NCBI GenBank assembly: GCA_965283985.1 | Contig: CBDIQK010000015.1 | Coordinates: 381 to 64,380 of the forward strand | Length of the DNA stretch: 64,000 nt | Source of the DNA: Sediminibacterium sp. | Lineage (GTDB): Bacteria; Bacteroidota; Bacteroidia; Chitinophagales; Chitinophagaceae | Reading direction: 5' to 3' | In this document: one piece after another, positions 51,200-64,000 of the stretch | Position numbering within the stretch: the stretch's first letter is position 1 | How the letters are laid out: every line of letters starts with the position of its first letter | Made by a program: the position numbers and the translations under genes | The notes under the pieces: generated by a model | The model's database searches: none | What the model saw: the letters and a program-made list of their open reading frames with translations, nothing else | Told to the model about the DNA's origin: nothing

Positions 51200-53433
51200 A
51201 TGCCTATCAAACCCACACTACTGCTTACGCTAATTGTATTTGGCTTCACTGGTCTGTTTGCCCAGGAGAAAAACGGTGAGCGTTTTCAAAAAGACTACCA
51301 ATACCATCTTCAAAAAACTACGGAATCCATTAAAATAGACGGAGAATTTACTGAAGCTATTTGGGCCAAGGCCGATACCATGTCTGCTTTTTGGCGCAAA
51401 TTTCCAACCGATGGAGGAAGACCACAAAGACAAACTTCTATTAGAATTGCGCACGATGACAAGTTCATTTATTTTGGCGTAACGGCATTTGATTCAGGCA
51501 AGGCTTTTATCAGTTCTTTAAAAAGAGATATTGGTCATGACGGCAGTGATGGTATTGCTATAGTATTAGACCCTACCAATCAACGCACCAATGGATTCTT
51601 TTTTGTGGTTAATGCTTTTAATGCACAAAGTGAAGACCAATTACCTTTTGCAGATGACGATAGTGGTCCCTCTTGGAGCTGGGACAACAAATGGTTCTCT
51701 GCTACCAAACAATATACAGACCGATGGACTGCCGAGATTGCCATTCCTTTTAAAAGCATTCGGTATTCTTCAGAAAAATTACTTTGGGGTCTTAATATGG
51801 TACGTATTGATACCAAGGCCAATGAATATAGTACCTGGACCCCCATGCCTCAGAATTTCAAATCCATGGACCTGGGTTATACCGGTGCGCTTGTTTGGAA
51901 TACCCCACCACCTTCTGCAGGAAGTAATATGGTCTTGATTCCTTTTATAACTGGAAATGTAACGGGTGATCAAGAAAACGGCGTTGCTGCTGCCGCTAGT
52001 GGCAATGCGGGTTTTGACGCAAAAATGGCATTGACTTCTTCCTTGAATTTGGACCTCACACGTGAACCCCGATTTTTCTCAGGTAGAAGTTGACCAACAA
52101 GTAACCAACCTAAGTAGGTTCAATATTTTTTTTCCAGAACGAAGAACCTTTTTCTTAGAGAACGCAGATCTGTTTTCTCAATATGGCATTCCACCTATCA
52201 GACCTTTTTATTCCAGAACCATTGGACTAGATAAGGATGGCAATAAAATTCCCATCCTCTTTGGCGCAAGGGTTTCCGGAAATATTGCCAAGGGAACTAG
52301 GGTTGGTTTGATGAATATTCAAACCGGCAGACAGGGTAGCTATGCACCAGAAAATTATACAGCCGCAAGTATTAGTCAACGCGTGCTCAAAAGATCTACC
52401 ATCAAAGGATATTTTCTAAATAGAGAGAACGGGATTTCAGAAGCAGAGAAAAAACAAAATCCTTTGGATGCTTATGGACGCAATGCAGGTGTTGAATTTG
52501 GCTATAATAATTTAAAAGGAACCTGGAGTGCATGGGCAGCTTACAACCACTCTTTTAAGCAAGGTATTAGTTCAGAAAATGCTTATTATAATGCAGGTGT
52601 AAATTACAATGGCAGAAATTTTAGTGCGGTGATTGATATGGGCAACCTAGGTACTAATTTTTATACCGATATGGGATTTGTGGAGCGCATCAATAATTAT
52701 GACGCTGACCGTGATACCAGTATCAGGGTAGGATTCAAACAGATCTTCAATAATTTTGGTTATAAGCTATTCCCTAAAAAAGGAAAAGTAAATCAGCACG
52801 GTTTAGAATTAACCAATTTCATGGTGTTCAATCCAGACAATTCACTCAATGAACGCTCACATGAATTGCAATACCAAATGCAATTCAAGAATACAGGATT
52901 TCTTTTTGTATTTGGTTCTGTGAACGAAACCAATCTATTATTCTCCACTTCTTTTACAGACGCCAAACCCATTCCAAAGGGTAATTACAAATACAATCAA
53001 TATGGATTGGGTTATCGCTCTGATTTTCGTAAAGCCATCAATATTATGGTACGCTTGAATGGAGGTGGATTCTACAATGGAAATTATCAAGGCATTAGCA
53101 CTACCATTAATTTGCGCAAACAACCACAACTTGAATGTGGCGCTGCAATTGAACTATAACCGCTTGCAATTCCCTGAAGGATATGGCAGTAATGAACTGT
53201 TTTTGATTGCACCAAGAATTGAATACAATTTCAATACCAAATTATTCTGGACTACTTTCTTACAATACAATACCCAGCGTAATAATTTTAATATCAATAG
53301 CCGTTTACAATATCGTTACAAACCGATGAGCGATTTCTTCTTGGTGTATACGGATAACTATTTTACAGATCCGCTATTCCGTAATAAGAATAGGGCTATT
53401 GTATTCAAACTCAATTACTGGTTAAACCTCTAA
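51200..53433 (+). CDS. DUF5916 / CBM9-like domain outer-membrane protein (frameshifts near 52062 and 53135)
   Basis: Signal peptide, IKIDG..W, WTAEIAIPFKSIRY, NPDFSQVEVD, FFPERRTFFLE and a barrel-type C-terminus NYWLNL. Confidence 0.82.
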
Positions 53434-53456
53434 TAGTTCTAGACAATAGAACACAT

Positions 53457-53489
53457 AAAAAAGCCGTCCCAATTTTGAGACGGCTTTTT
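53457..53489. terminator. bidirectional intrinsic terminator
   Basis: AAAAAGCCGTC..GACGGCTTTTT between convergent genes. Confidence 0.85.
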
Positions 53490-53503
53490 CTATTTCCAAC
53501 TGA

Positions 53504-56500
53504 TTAGTTTTTAATACCAATCACTGGCACTTGTTTTTCGTTGATCATTTTGTTATAAGACTTAAGATCCTGGGTAAGAATCTTTTTAAGCTTAGCCAAT
53601 TGAACATCGGCCTGACCACCAAGGTCTGCCAAAGTTTCAATGGCTTGTTTGCTTGGTGCATTCTGACCACTAGAAGCTACACCATACAAACCAGCAAGCT
53701 TGTCATTAAGGCGAATAGGGAAGTTCAATACGTCTTGGAAGCTCTTGGCCTTGGTTTGATACAAAGCTTCTTCAATAGCCGTTAATTGCTTATTAATGCT
53801 GTCTCCCATTTGTTTGAGTTCCTTGGTGCCATTGCTGTCTAACTTGGCATTAAAGTCTGTAATCTGTGTTCGCAATGCCCTAATATTTTTAATGCCTTTT
53901 TGTACTTCATTGAACTTGTCACGCACTTGCAATAAGAACGCTACCTGCGCGTCATAATCAGCTTCTGTTGCTTTGTAATTAGGATTGTTCTTAATCACAA
54001 AAGGAACATCTACACTGTCTTTGCCATAACGGAATCGCGCGCTGTATTTACCAGGAGCAGCTTTTACAGTTCCAACACCACCATTCCAAAGAATCATGCC
54101 ATCGGTTTTTTCACCTTCCGGATAGTTCTGATCCCATGCAAATTGATTCAATCCTTCATTGATCTCTAATTTATCCGCAGGCTCTTTAGACTTGGTGCTA
54201 AAGGTCTTGATAAGTTTAGACTGTTTGTCATAAATACTAATAGATACCCTAGATGAATCATTGGTATTTCTCAAATGATAATTGAAGACCGCACCACTCA
54301 ATGGATTTTCACCAATATTTTGCATGGCAGCACCACCGCCGCGGTTTCTTCTTCTACCACCACCTTCTGAACGATACGCCTCATTCACAGTAAATACGTG
54401 GAGGTTTTTAGCAATACCCGCATTGTCTTTTTCTTGTAATACAGTAAGGTCATCTAATACCCAGAAAGCCCTACCCTGTGTAGCTACAATCAAATCATTT
54501 TCTTTGATGGTCAAATCAGTAACAGGAACAATGGGCAGGTTTAACTGGAATGGTTTCCAATTGCTACCATAGTCATAACTGATATACAAACCGTATTCGG
54601 TACCAGCATATAACAATCCTGGGCGTTTATGGTCTGCACGCAAGGCGCGAGTAAAATGCATTTTGTTAATGCCATTGGTAATAGTGGTCCAAGTTTTACC
54701 ATAGTCTTCAGACTTAAATAAGTAAGGCGTAAAATCGTCTGATTTATATTTGGTACCCACTACATACACTGTTCCTTTTTTGAATGGATCTGTTTCAATA
54801 CAATTCCACATCATCCATTTACCAGCAGCAGGAGGCGTTACGTTTTCCCAGTTCTTGCCGCCGTTTTTACTCATACTCAAAACACCATCATCACTACCAA
54901 TCCAAAGCAGGTCTTTTTCTAATGGTGATTCTGTACCAGTGAAAATAGTGCAATAATATTCTACAGAAGTATTGTCCTTGGTTATGGGTCCACCACTAGA
55001 TGCTTGCTTGCTCTTGTCATTGGTAGTCAAATCTGGACTAATGGTTTCCCAACTCTGTCCTTCATTCTCTGTTACAAACAAATGGTTTCCACCTGCATAC
55101 AAACGCTTGGGATTGTGCGGAGAAAGAAGAAAGGAAAATTCCATTGGAATCTGTATTTCAACACATCAGCGCCAGCCCCCATGGGATTATCAGGCCAAAC
55201 ATTAATAGCACGATTCTCACCAGTTTTATGATCTAATCTAGACAACATAACCACCGTAGTTTCCACCATATACAATGTCTGGATTACTTGGATCAGCTAC
55301 TACATAACCACTTTCAGAACCAGCCGTTCCTTCCCAATCCCTTTCTGTGATCCCAGGACCATTGGTGCGGCTCTTCATTCTAAATGTTCCATTATCTTGT
55401 TGCGCACCCAAGATATTATAAGGGTATGCATTATCTGTGCTAACGCTGATAGATCTGTGCTGTAGGCTGATTCATCAAACTACTCCAATTAGATGCTGCG
55501 TCATAACTAATTTGTGCGCCACCATCATCGGCAACAATCATTCTATTTCCATCTTCTGGATCAATCCACAAATCATGGTGATCTCCGTGTGGCGTGTTGA
55601 CACTGGTAAATGTTTTACCACCATCGCGGCTACGCATAAACTCAACGTTGGGACAGTATACCAGGTTTTCATTTTTAGGATCTACGTCCAGACTTTGGTA
55701 TAGTACCAAGCGCGTTGACGAATATTGTTATCGCTGCAATTTAGGTTCCATGTTTCACCACCATCATTGCTCACAAATAAACCACCATTGGCATTTTCAA
55801 CAATAGCGAATATTTTGTCTGTATTAGATGGCGCAACGGCAACACCCACAATTCCCCAAACGCCTTTTGGAAATCCTTTGTTGGTTGAAATATTTTTCCA
55901 GGTTTCTCCACCATCTACTGATTTGTAAATGCCACTGCCTTCTCCACCACTTTCCATGCTGTAAGGCGTTCTAATCACATGCCACATACCAGCATAAAAT
56001 ACATTGGGATTGCCTGGTTCCATCACTAGGTCTGAACAACCTGTTTGGTTATTGGCATAGAGCATTTTTTCCAAGTCTTACCACCATCAGTGGTTTTGTA
56101 AACACCACGCTCTTCATTGGGTCCAAACAAATGACCCATCACGCCTACCCAAACGGTGTTAGGTCTCTTGGGTGAATAATAATCCGAGTAATATGTCTAC
56201 CATCTTTTAAACCTAGATTACGCCAGGTTTTACCAGCGTCGTCTGAACGCCAAATGCCACCCAAACCTTCAGCAACATTGCCTCGCATGGTGTTTTCACC
56301 TTCACCAACGTACAGGATATTTTCATCGCTCTGCGCTACTGCTACAGAACCAATGGTACCACCAAAATATTTGTCCGAAATGTTTTTCCAGTTACTACCA
56401 CCATCCGTGGTTTTCCAAACACCACCACCGGTACTACCAAAATAAAAATTCATTTTGTTTTTGTAACTACCCGCTACAGCGGCACTGCGCCCTCCTCTAA

Positions 56501-56657
56501 AAGGACCCATTTGCCTAAATTTCACTTTGGAAAAAAGGGCCGAATCGGCGTTGGTTTCCACTGCAGGACTAGTACTAGTCTTAACTTGTTTTTTTTGTGC
56601 TAACAGACCCGTCAATAATAGACAGGCACATGCGGATAGCAGGATGCTTTTTCTCAT
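53504..56657 (-). CDS. VPS10/BNR-repeat (sortilin-like) glycosyl hydrolase (frameshifted)
   Basis: GPFRGGRS, repeated Asp-boxes ([36 protein letters not shown]), HGDHH and ATQGRAFW. Confidence 0.88.
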
Positions 56658-56723
56658 ACTTGTAGAATTGGAGCATCAAGTTACAAAGCAATCCTCCCCG
56701 TTCAAAAAATAAATGGACAAGAA

Positions 56724-59147
56724 TTAAAAGACAAACTTCAAATTCAGGTCTTTTCCGGCCAATACCAATGGAATACGGAGTTCCGGCTTATTCCCCAGAT
56801 TCCAAATAGCTTGATCTCCTGTAGAGACCCCTAGGGTATTGCTAGCGTTTAATAGATCCATTGGTTGACCATTGACAAGAATTAACTTAGGCATTTTCTC
56901 AATATTGGGTATCACCAATTGAAAAGCCAATTGACTTGGTTTGCCCGGATAATGCCCACCATTGGAATGAATGCGGATCTCCCCGTTTTGTTGGGTTATT
57001 CCCTTGCATTTAAAATCAATCAATTCAAACTGCTTGGTAGCGATAGCATTTTGGAAACACCGTCATCCAAATACAATTGAAACTGAGAAGACTGTTCAGA
57101 AGGGTAATATTGAATTTCAAAAACAGTTTTTTTGGTTTCTGTTGTATTGGCTTGCAAGCCCTTGTTCATGGGAATAAAACTTCCCGCTTTTACAAAAACA
57201 GGAAATGCAAAATTGTTGAGGTCTTGGCTTATTGTGGTATTGCCCTCAAAACGTTGATTGCTGGCCAGTGCATACCAATTACCCTTGGGCAAATAAACAT
57301 CCCGTTTTGTCAAGCCTTTTTCTAACACAGGTGCAACTAAAAAAGCGTCTCCCCAAAGAAATTCATCACCAATATTTACAGCTGTTGCGTCATCAGAATA
57401 AGCATAATACAATGGCTTGATCAAGGGTTCTCCAAATGCAGCTTGTCTATAGGCGAGTGTATAATTATAAGGCAGCATTTGATAGCGTTGTGTCACCACG
57501 GATTTTACTTGATCTAAGACTGATGCATCTGCTAATGCCGGTTCACTGGGATAACTAAAGGCATTGGGATCCACTTCATACAAAGCGGTTCCATGTGGTC
57601 TGAATATGGGCGTGTACAAAGCAAATTGCAACCAACGCAAATAGAGTTCGAGATCTCCCTCGCCCATGGCAAATCCACCGGCATCACTATGTATATAAGG
57701 AATCCCACTCATGCTGGTTCCTAAGATATTGGGGAGCTGCGCGCGCAGGCCACTCCAGTTGCGGTGAACGTCTCCTGTCCATGGAAAAATACTATAGCGT
57801 TGACTACCTGAAAAACCGGAACGGTTTAAGTGAAACAAACGCGTATTGGGAAAAGCTGTAGCATATTTTTCAAACAACATTTTGTTCCAATAATGACCAT
57901 ACAAATTATGCACTTCATCCGCCTTCATCATACGGTTTACCCCTAGGTCTTTTAAATTGTGCAAGAGATCAGCAGGATGTTTTTCGGGCTCACCTAGATC
58001 CGTCCACCAACCATCTACCCCATTGGCAATCTGTTGTTGGTAATGGTATTTCCATAACCAGTCTCCGGCGTCTTTTCTAAAAATGTCAATCAATCCACCC
58101 TTGCCAAAATAAAAATCTTTCAGCTCATAAGCCTTGCCCAGACTGTCTTTGGCCAGATAGGGCTGTGCAAAGGGATAAGACTTAGTGCCCTTGAGTATAA
58201 AAGGTTCGCTGATTAAAATAGGATGCGTATTGGTCTTCTTTAAATCCTGTAATAATTGTTTGGGGTTGGGCCATTTGCTTTTGTTCACCCAATCAAGATT
58301 GCCCATGGTTCCTTTAATACTATCCCCAAACCAAAACAGGTCAAAAATTACCGCGTCAAAAGGAATTTTTTCTTGGCGCATTTTGGCTGCAATATTTCTG
58401 ACTTGTGTATCACTGGTATAACCAAATCGGCTCATAAAATTTCCCAATGCCCATTTGGGTGGCAGTGGTTGTTTGCCGGTTAATTGTTGGTAGCTGGTCA
58501 GCGTTTGTTGGTAGTTTCCAAGAATCACAAACAGGGATAAAGCACCACTGCTAAACCCTGCTTGAAATAGGTTGGGGTTGGTCTTGCCAATATCGGCATA
58601 GCCCTTTGATCCATTGTCAAAAAATAAAGCATAGCCTTTTGAGGAACTAAAAAAAGGAACAGAAAAATTCAGATTATCCGCACCTTCTGCATAACCATAC
58701 CATGGATTGTTGTAAAGATTAAATTTATATCCCCTTCTATTCAGGGGCAATGCGCGTTCACCTCCACCAAAGATTTTTTCATCTGTAGTTAATGCTATTT
58801 GAAACCCTCGATTACCCTCTTGATCTTGTAAATAAGACAGAACTACTTCTTTGTTTTTTCCAATCAAAATTTGATTCCCATTTTGTGCAACCAATGCACC
58901 GTCAACCTTGCTCAAAGCCTTACCCAATGCAGCTCCTGTAATGGCTTCGTTATGGGTATATCCTTTTGGTAAGAATACTGCTTTGATAATATTGGGTGCC
59001 CATTGCCTTCCATGGTCCATACTCCTCTGCTTGGGTAAATTGAAGAGATGGCTGATTGGAACTTTGTGCAAAACTTGGTTGAACAAGTATCTGGCAAACT
59101 ACTGCCAATAACAATGGAATGATTGACTGAAAAAATAACTTTTTCAT
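56724..59147 (-). CDS. glycoside hydrolase family 31 (frameshifted at both ends)
   Basis: PLPPKWALG, nucleophile WWTDLGEPE, WTGDV, DAGGF and YLRWLQF..FRPH. Confidence 0.92.
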
Positions 59148-59178
59148 AGGGCTTCATTTAAGGAGACCGGGGCTCCCG

Positions 59179-59991
59179 CTATTTGGAATTACGGTAGAAC
59201 ATTTTGTCAATGGGTTGGTTAAATTGAACAGATTGAATACTGATTACCGTTTCAATGGGCCCAAAACTAATTACCTGTTCCATTGGAAAAAGTACGCCGC
59301 TAATGGTCATGTATTTTCTATACTGAATGGTTGTCTTTGCTTTTCTCCCCCTGCCATTACCCATCATTTTCATAATGGCTGCAAAACCTGTGAGATTGCC
59401 TGCCATATCGCCCACGGCACTTACCTGCAATACATGATAATCTGCCGTGCTAATTAGGTATTGGATAAACTGTCCTGACTTCAATGTGAGTTTGATATTG
59501 TAGCAATCTTGTTTGTCTAATTTCTCAATCCCCAATAATTCTGCTTTATTTCCTTTGGCTGCATAATCTACCAATGGCCCAAAGGGTCCGGAACAATCCA
59601 TTTCAAACTGTTGACCAACTAATTCTTCGGGAGTCATTTTTTGAAGCGCGGGTTTAGTGGCTTCAGAACCACCAAAGGAAGGAAGAGATGGAATATAGGC
59701 CCATCCTGCTGTATCTGTCACTAGTGTATAGGAAGACCCCATACCCATGATCCCAGCCATATCGCGGCGGAACAATTTACCATTCTCTTTAACCGTATTT
59801 AAATTAATCTCCAAGGCCTGACCCATCAGGTTCAATTTTAAAACGGATTCCATTTGCATGGAGCTCAATGCATTTAATTTTTCTCTGCCACCATAGGTTG
59901 CTTCAAATTTGTTGATGACGGAATCCAAGTTTTGAGCCTGAATATTTACAAAGGATAAGCAACTAAGCACTAGTAGTGGGAAAAATTTCAT
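59179..59991 (-). CDS. secreted hypothetical protein (outer-membrane lipoprotein-sorting/LolA-like fold)
   Basis: Signal peptide, then VINKFEATYGGREKL..LVDYAAKG..CYNIKLT..Y..ISGVLFP..FNQPID. Confidence 0.6.
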   Translation of the reverse strand: MKFFPLLVLSCLSFVNIQAQNLDSVINKFEATYGGREKLNALSSMQMESVLKLNLMGQALEINLNTVKENGKLFRRDMAGIMGMGSSYTLVTDTAGWAYIPSLPSFGGSEATKPALQKMTPEELVGQQFEMDCSGPFGPLVDYAAKGNKAELLGIEKLDKQDCYNIKLTLKSGQFIQYLISTADYHVLQVSAVGDMAGNLTGFAAIMKMMGNGRGRKAKTTIQYRKYMTISGVLFPMEQVISFGPIETVISIQSVQFNQPIDKMFYRNSK

Positions 59992-60039
59992 GTGTCTGTT
60001 TTAGATATGTTCTACCTTCAAATTTAGTATAAGAAAACC

Positions 60040-61711
60040 ATGGCACAAGCAAGTTTTAAGATCAGCGGAAATATAGTAGACGTTTGGAAAAAATCTATCT
60101 ACCATGCCTGTTTGGAAATAGTAGATGGAAAGATCCAATCTATTCAACAAACGGGTGAACCTGTTCAAGCAGGCAACTATATTTTACCAGGTTTTGTAGA
60201 CGCGCATGTTCACGTTGAGAGCAGCATGCTCATACCTTCAGTGAATTTGCCCGGCTGGCTGTTGTACATGGAACGGTAGCTACGATCAGTGATCCCACAT
60301 GAAATTGCCAATGTGTGTGGTATGGAAGGGGTGGAATTCATGATTGAAAATGGAAAAACAGTTCCTTTTAAATTCAATTTTGGCGCACCTAGCTGCGTAC
60401 CCGCAACTGTGTTTGAAACTGCGGGAGCCTCACTTGATTCAAATGATGTAGAGAAATTATTACAACGAGATGAAATAAAATACCTGAGTGAGATGATGAA
60501 TTTTCCCGGTGTTTTATTTAAAGATGAGGAAGTGATGAAAAAGATTGCGGCTGCACATCGTCTTGGCAAACCAGTTGACGGACATGCGCCGGGACTAAGA
60601 GGCGCAACGGCCAAAGCACTATATTGATGCTGGTATTTATACCGACCACGAATGTTTTACCAAGGAAGAAGCTTTGGATAAACTGGAACACGGCATGAAG
60701 ATCATTATCCGGGAAGGTAGTGCTGCCAAGAATTTTGAAGCCTTGATTGAACTGCTAGAAGACCATCCCAATTTGGTTATGTTCTGCTCTGATGACAAAC
60801 ACCCAGATAGTCTAGAAGCAGGTCATATTAATCAGCTTTGCGCGCGCGCGGTGGCAAAGGGAATTGATTTGTTTATCGTTCTTCGCGCGGCGTCCGTGAA
60901 TCCTGTACTTCACTATGATCTTGACATGGGACTTTTGTGTGAAGGCGATGACGCAGACTTTATTGTTACAGATGATTTAACCAATTTTATCATCAAACAA
61001 ACCTATATCAATGGTCAATTGGTGGCAGAGAATGGCAAGAGCTTAATTGTATCTGTACCTGAAATAGCCATCAACCAATTTGACTGTTCCCCTATTGCAG
61101 AAAAAGACTTGAGTATTGCAGCAAATGCGTATCCATCTATTGAAGGAAAGATGCCCGTGATGGAAGCATTAGACGGTCAATTGATCACCAACAAACTTTG
61201 GTTAGAACCAACCATAGAAAAGGAATTATTGGTGAGTGATACCAACCGAGATATTTTGAAAATGGTAGTGGTAAACCGATACCATGCAGCCCCCATTGCC
61301 AAATGTTTTATTCAAAATTTTGGATTTAAAAGAGGCGCCATTGCTTCTTCTGTAGCGCACGATAGCCACAATATTGTGGCAGTTGGCGTAGACGATGCTA
61401 GCTTGGTCAAAGCCATTAATTTGGTGATCCAAGAAAGGGGTGGTGTGAGTGTGGTAGATGGTGAATTGGAATCAGTTTTGGGCTTGCCTGTGGCAGGGCT
61501 CATGAGTACCGATGATGGTTACCAAGTAGCAGCTGCTTATACTAAAATAGACCGCATGGCCAAAGACCTAGGATCCAGTCTGCAAGCGCCTTTCATGACC
61601 TTGAGCTTTATGGCATTATTGGTGATTCCTCACCTGAAACTAAGTGACAAGGGATTATTTGACGGAGATAATTTTAGCTTTATACCCTTGGTGCAGGATC
61701 AAGCTTCTTGA
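60040..61711 (+). CDS. ade: adenine deaminase (two frameshifts)
   Basis: [49 protein letters not shown] and AHDSHN. Confidence 0.94.
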
Positions 61712-62798
61712 CCAATCCAAACGGCTCCACCAATACTACTTCTCTTGGCACCAGTAACACTGTGTAACACGGTGTTTTCTTCTACGCCAACGTAGTACAG
61801 CTAATAAGCCCCATGACTAGTGCTTCTTTAAAGTCTATCAATTCTTGTTCTGGAATGGCAACTGCTATCCCAAGTGGTTTAACTGCTGCTGCAATTCTTT
61901 CAATTAAGAAATAATTATGCGCCCCTCCACCCGTAATCAACATGGAAGCCTGGTCCTCAATTTTTCCTCCTTGTAATGCATTAATGGCATAGCCAATTTG
62001 CATGGCAATATGCTCTACATAGGTTCTCAAAGCATCTGGTATGGATAATCCATAAGAAGCAATCAGCGGATACACTTGGTCAGTTCCAAAATCATTGGCC
62101 AAGGACTTGGGATAGGGTTGCTTGTAATAATCCAACCCATTTAATTTGGTTAATAATCCGGTATGCATTTGTCCGCTCTTGGCTATATCGCCACCGGCAT
62201 CATATTCCTTGCCAATTTGCTCACAAAAAATATTCATGACCCTATTGGCGGCACAGATATCATAAGCCAAATAACCAGTAGCCCGGTTGGCTGTAATATT
62301 GGCAATGCCACCTAGGTTTAATAGATAGGCATATTTATCTAGCAATAATTTTTCTCCCATGGGAACAATGGGCGCGCCTTGACCTCCCAGTGCTACGTCC
62401 ATGATTCGCAAATCACTCACGGTATTGATGCCCGTGGTTGCGGCAATAGTGGCTCCACAACCCAATTGACCCGTCATCCCTAATTCTGGTACATGAAAAC
62501 TGGTATGACCATGGGAACCTATTAATTGTACTTGATGTGCTAAATCAAATTCTTGGATAAATCTATTCACGCCCTCTCCCAAAAGCCTTCCGTAATTGGT
62601 ATGCAATAGCTGGTATTCGTAAGCAGATAAGCTGGTGGCATTTTTCAACTGTGTCTGCCACTCCATACTATAAGGATAGCAGGCGGCCGCTTTAATGGCA
62701 TATTCCCATTTTCCACCAATTTCTGTGAACTCGGCAAAAACCAGGTCAAGCCCGTCTAAACTGCTTCCACTCATGAGTCCAATGGCCTTGTAAAACAT
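61699..62798 (-). CDS. anmK: anhydro-N-acetylmuramic acid kinase (3' frameshift)
   Basis: GLMSGSSLDGLD, GSHGHT, DVALGGQGAP and NLGGIAN. The reconstructed end is [19 protein letters not shown]. Confidence 0.93.
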
Positions 62799-62865
62799 AA
62801 ATTTCCTATTACAGTGGTTTGATTTTAGTTTTGACTACCCAAATCTAAGTTCAAATACCTATATC

Positions 62866-63520
62866 ATGATTGTAAATTTAAGTGAACAACACAGCCTAGT
62901 AAGCAACTGGGTATCGGAATTGAGGGATGTTAATGTGCAAGGAGACCGCATGCGTTTCCGTAGAAACTTAGAGCGGATTGGAGAAATTGCCGCTTATGAA
63001 ATCAGTAAAGAACTTCCTTGGAAAATACAGGAAACCCCTACTCCATTGGGTATTCATGAGAGCAAAGTATTGGTTGAACAACCAGTATTGGCCACTATTC
63101 TACGCGCTGGAGTTCCCTTACACCATGGAATGATGAACTATTTTGACAAGGCAGACAATGCTTTTATCTCGGCTTATCGCAAGCACCACCGCGATGGCAG
63201 TTTTGAGATCAATCTACAATATATGAGTAGCCCTAGTTTGGAAGATAGGATTGTGATTATCAGTTGATCCCATGTTGGCAACAGGTGCTTCTTTGGTAAA
63301 AACCATCCAATATATTAAGAACGAAGGCAACCCTAAAGCCATTCATATAGTAGCTGCTATAGCTTGTACGGTGGGCATTGAATTTGTACATCGCGAAGCA
63401 GGGAACCAAATCAAGATCTGGTGTGGCGATATTGACGATGAACTAACTGCCAAAGGCTATATTGTTCCGGGCTTGGGCGATGCTGGAGACCTGGCATTTG
63501 GCATAAAAGTGCAGTCTTAA
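62866..63520 (+). CDS. upp: uracil phosphoribosyltransferase (1-bp insertion near 63265)
   Basis: FRRNLERIG, ILRAG, DPMLATGAS and YIVPGLGDAGD. Confidence 0.95.
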
Positions 63521-63609
63521 CCCAATTTGGTTCTAAGAAAAAGTTAATAAGGGGCAATTTTTGTTCAATTGCTTCAAGCTAGCAGGCTTTGGCTTAAATT
63601 CGAACCGTG

Positions 63610-64000
63610 ATGGGTAAAATGAAAATCTGTTTTTTGATAGTCAGTCTGTTTTTGCTGGGCAATGCCTCGGCACAGGACCCCCATTTTTCACAGTTTTTCT
63701 CTTCACCGCTTACTTTGAACCCCGCATTTACGGGAAAATTCTTTGGAACCTATCGCGTAGCGGGTAATTATAGAAACCAGTGGCCTACTATCAACAATGC
63801 TTTTACCACTACAACTGGTTCTATTGACTTTCATATTTTACAAGACAATATTGCGCCAAATGATACTTGGGGCGTGGGTTTTGTTGGCTATAATGACAAT
63901 AGCGCCAATGGTGCGGTAAAATTCAACTATGCTTCTTTTTCAACAGCCTACCACAAGGGTTTGGATGAAGATGGCAATCACCAATTAGGAGCTGGCTTTC
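63610..64000 (+). CDS. PorP/SprF family type IX secretion system membrane protein (runs off the window)
   Basis: Manual translation MGKMKICFLIVSLFLLGNASAQDPHFSQFFSSPLTLNPAFTG..NYRNQW. Absent from the ORF track because there is no stop in the window. Confidence 0.88.
   Translation, partial: MGKMKICFLIVSLFLLGNASAQDPHFSQFFSSPLTLNPAFTGKFFGTYRVAGNYRNQWPTINNAFTTTTGSIDFHILQDNIAPNDTWGVGFVGYNDNSANGAVKFNYASFSTAYHKGLDEDGNHQLGAGF

Noticed and set aside
63255-63275. Programmed frameshifting or phase variation in upp and other split genes
   Set aside because: There are no slippery heptamers or long simple repeats at most breaks, and the breaks are too numerous and scattered. Sequencing error is the simpler explanation.
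1-64000. CRISPR array, rRNA, tRNA, IS/transposase, integrase or phage genes
   Set aside because: No regularly spaced repeats, no recognisable structural RNA and no mobile-element motifs. Intergenic gaps are short and mostly explained by promoters and terminators.

Overview
This 64 kb window is Bacteroidota chromosome, and gene content and style fit Chitinophagaceae (Sediminibacterium-like). It is almost all housekeeping: mnmE, exbB-exbD-exbD-tonB-tonB, a complete 14-gene nuoA-N operon, hisS, rlmN, pseudouridine synthases, dinB, ffh-rpsP-rimM, a SigA-type sigma factor, lptF/G, a Tat-signal SOD, trmD, GH31/VPS10-type glycoside hydrolases, ade, anmK, upp and the start of a PorP/SprF gene. More than 20 genes, including essential ones, are broken by 1-bp indels. 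This is the signature of an under-polished long-read or metagenomic consensus rather than of pseudogenes, so I give joined coordinates. The leftmost ~3.6 kb, downstream of mnmE, is visibly more AT-rich and looks accessory. I saw no rRNA, tRNA, CRISPR array, IS element or prophage, and no convincing new multi-gene system. The best leads are: (1) a nuoB whose 3' half is alphaproteobacterial-type, probably a consensus chimera; (2) a candidate 10.3 kb inversion separating rimM from trmD, with an 8-bp inverted microhomology at both junctions; (3) a structured leader upstream of the GYD gene; (4) a Tat-exported Mn-type SOD next to OsmC and a Cys-tailed CDF transporter; (5) recurring -7 promoter boxes exactly 4 nt before start codons. 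All family calls come from recognising motifs by eye, not from database searches.
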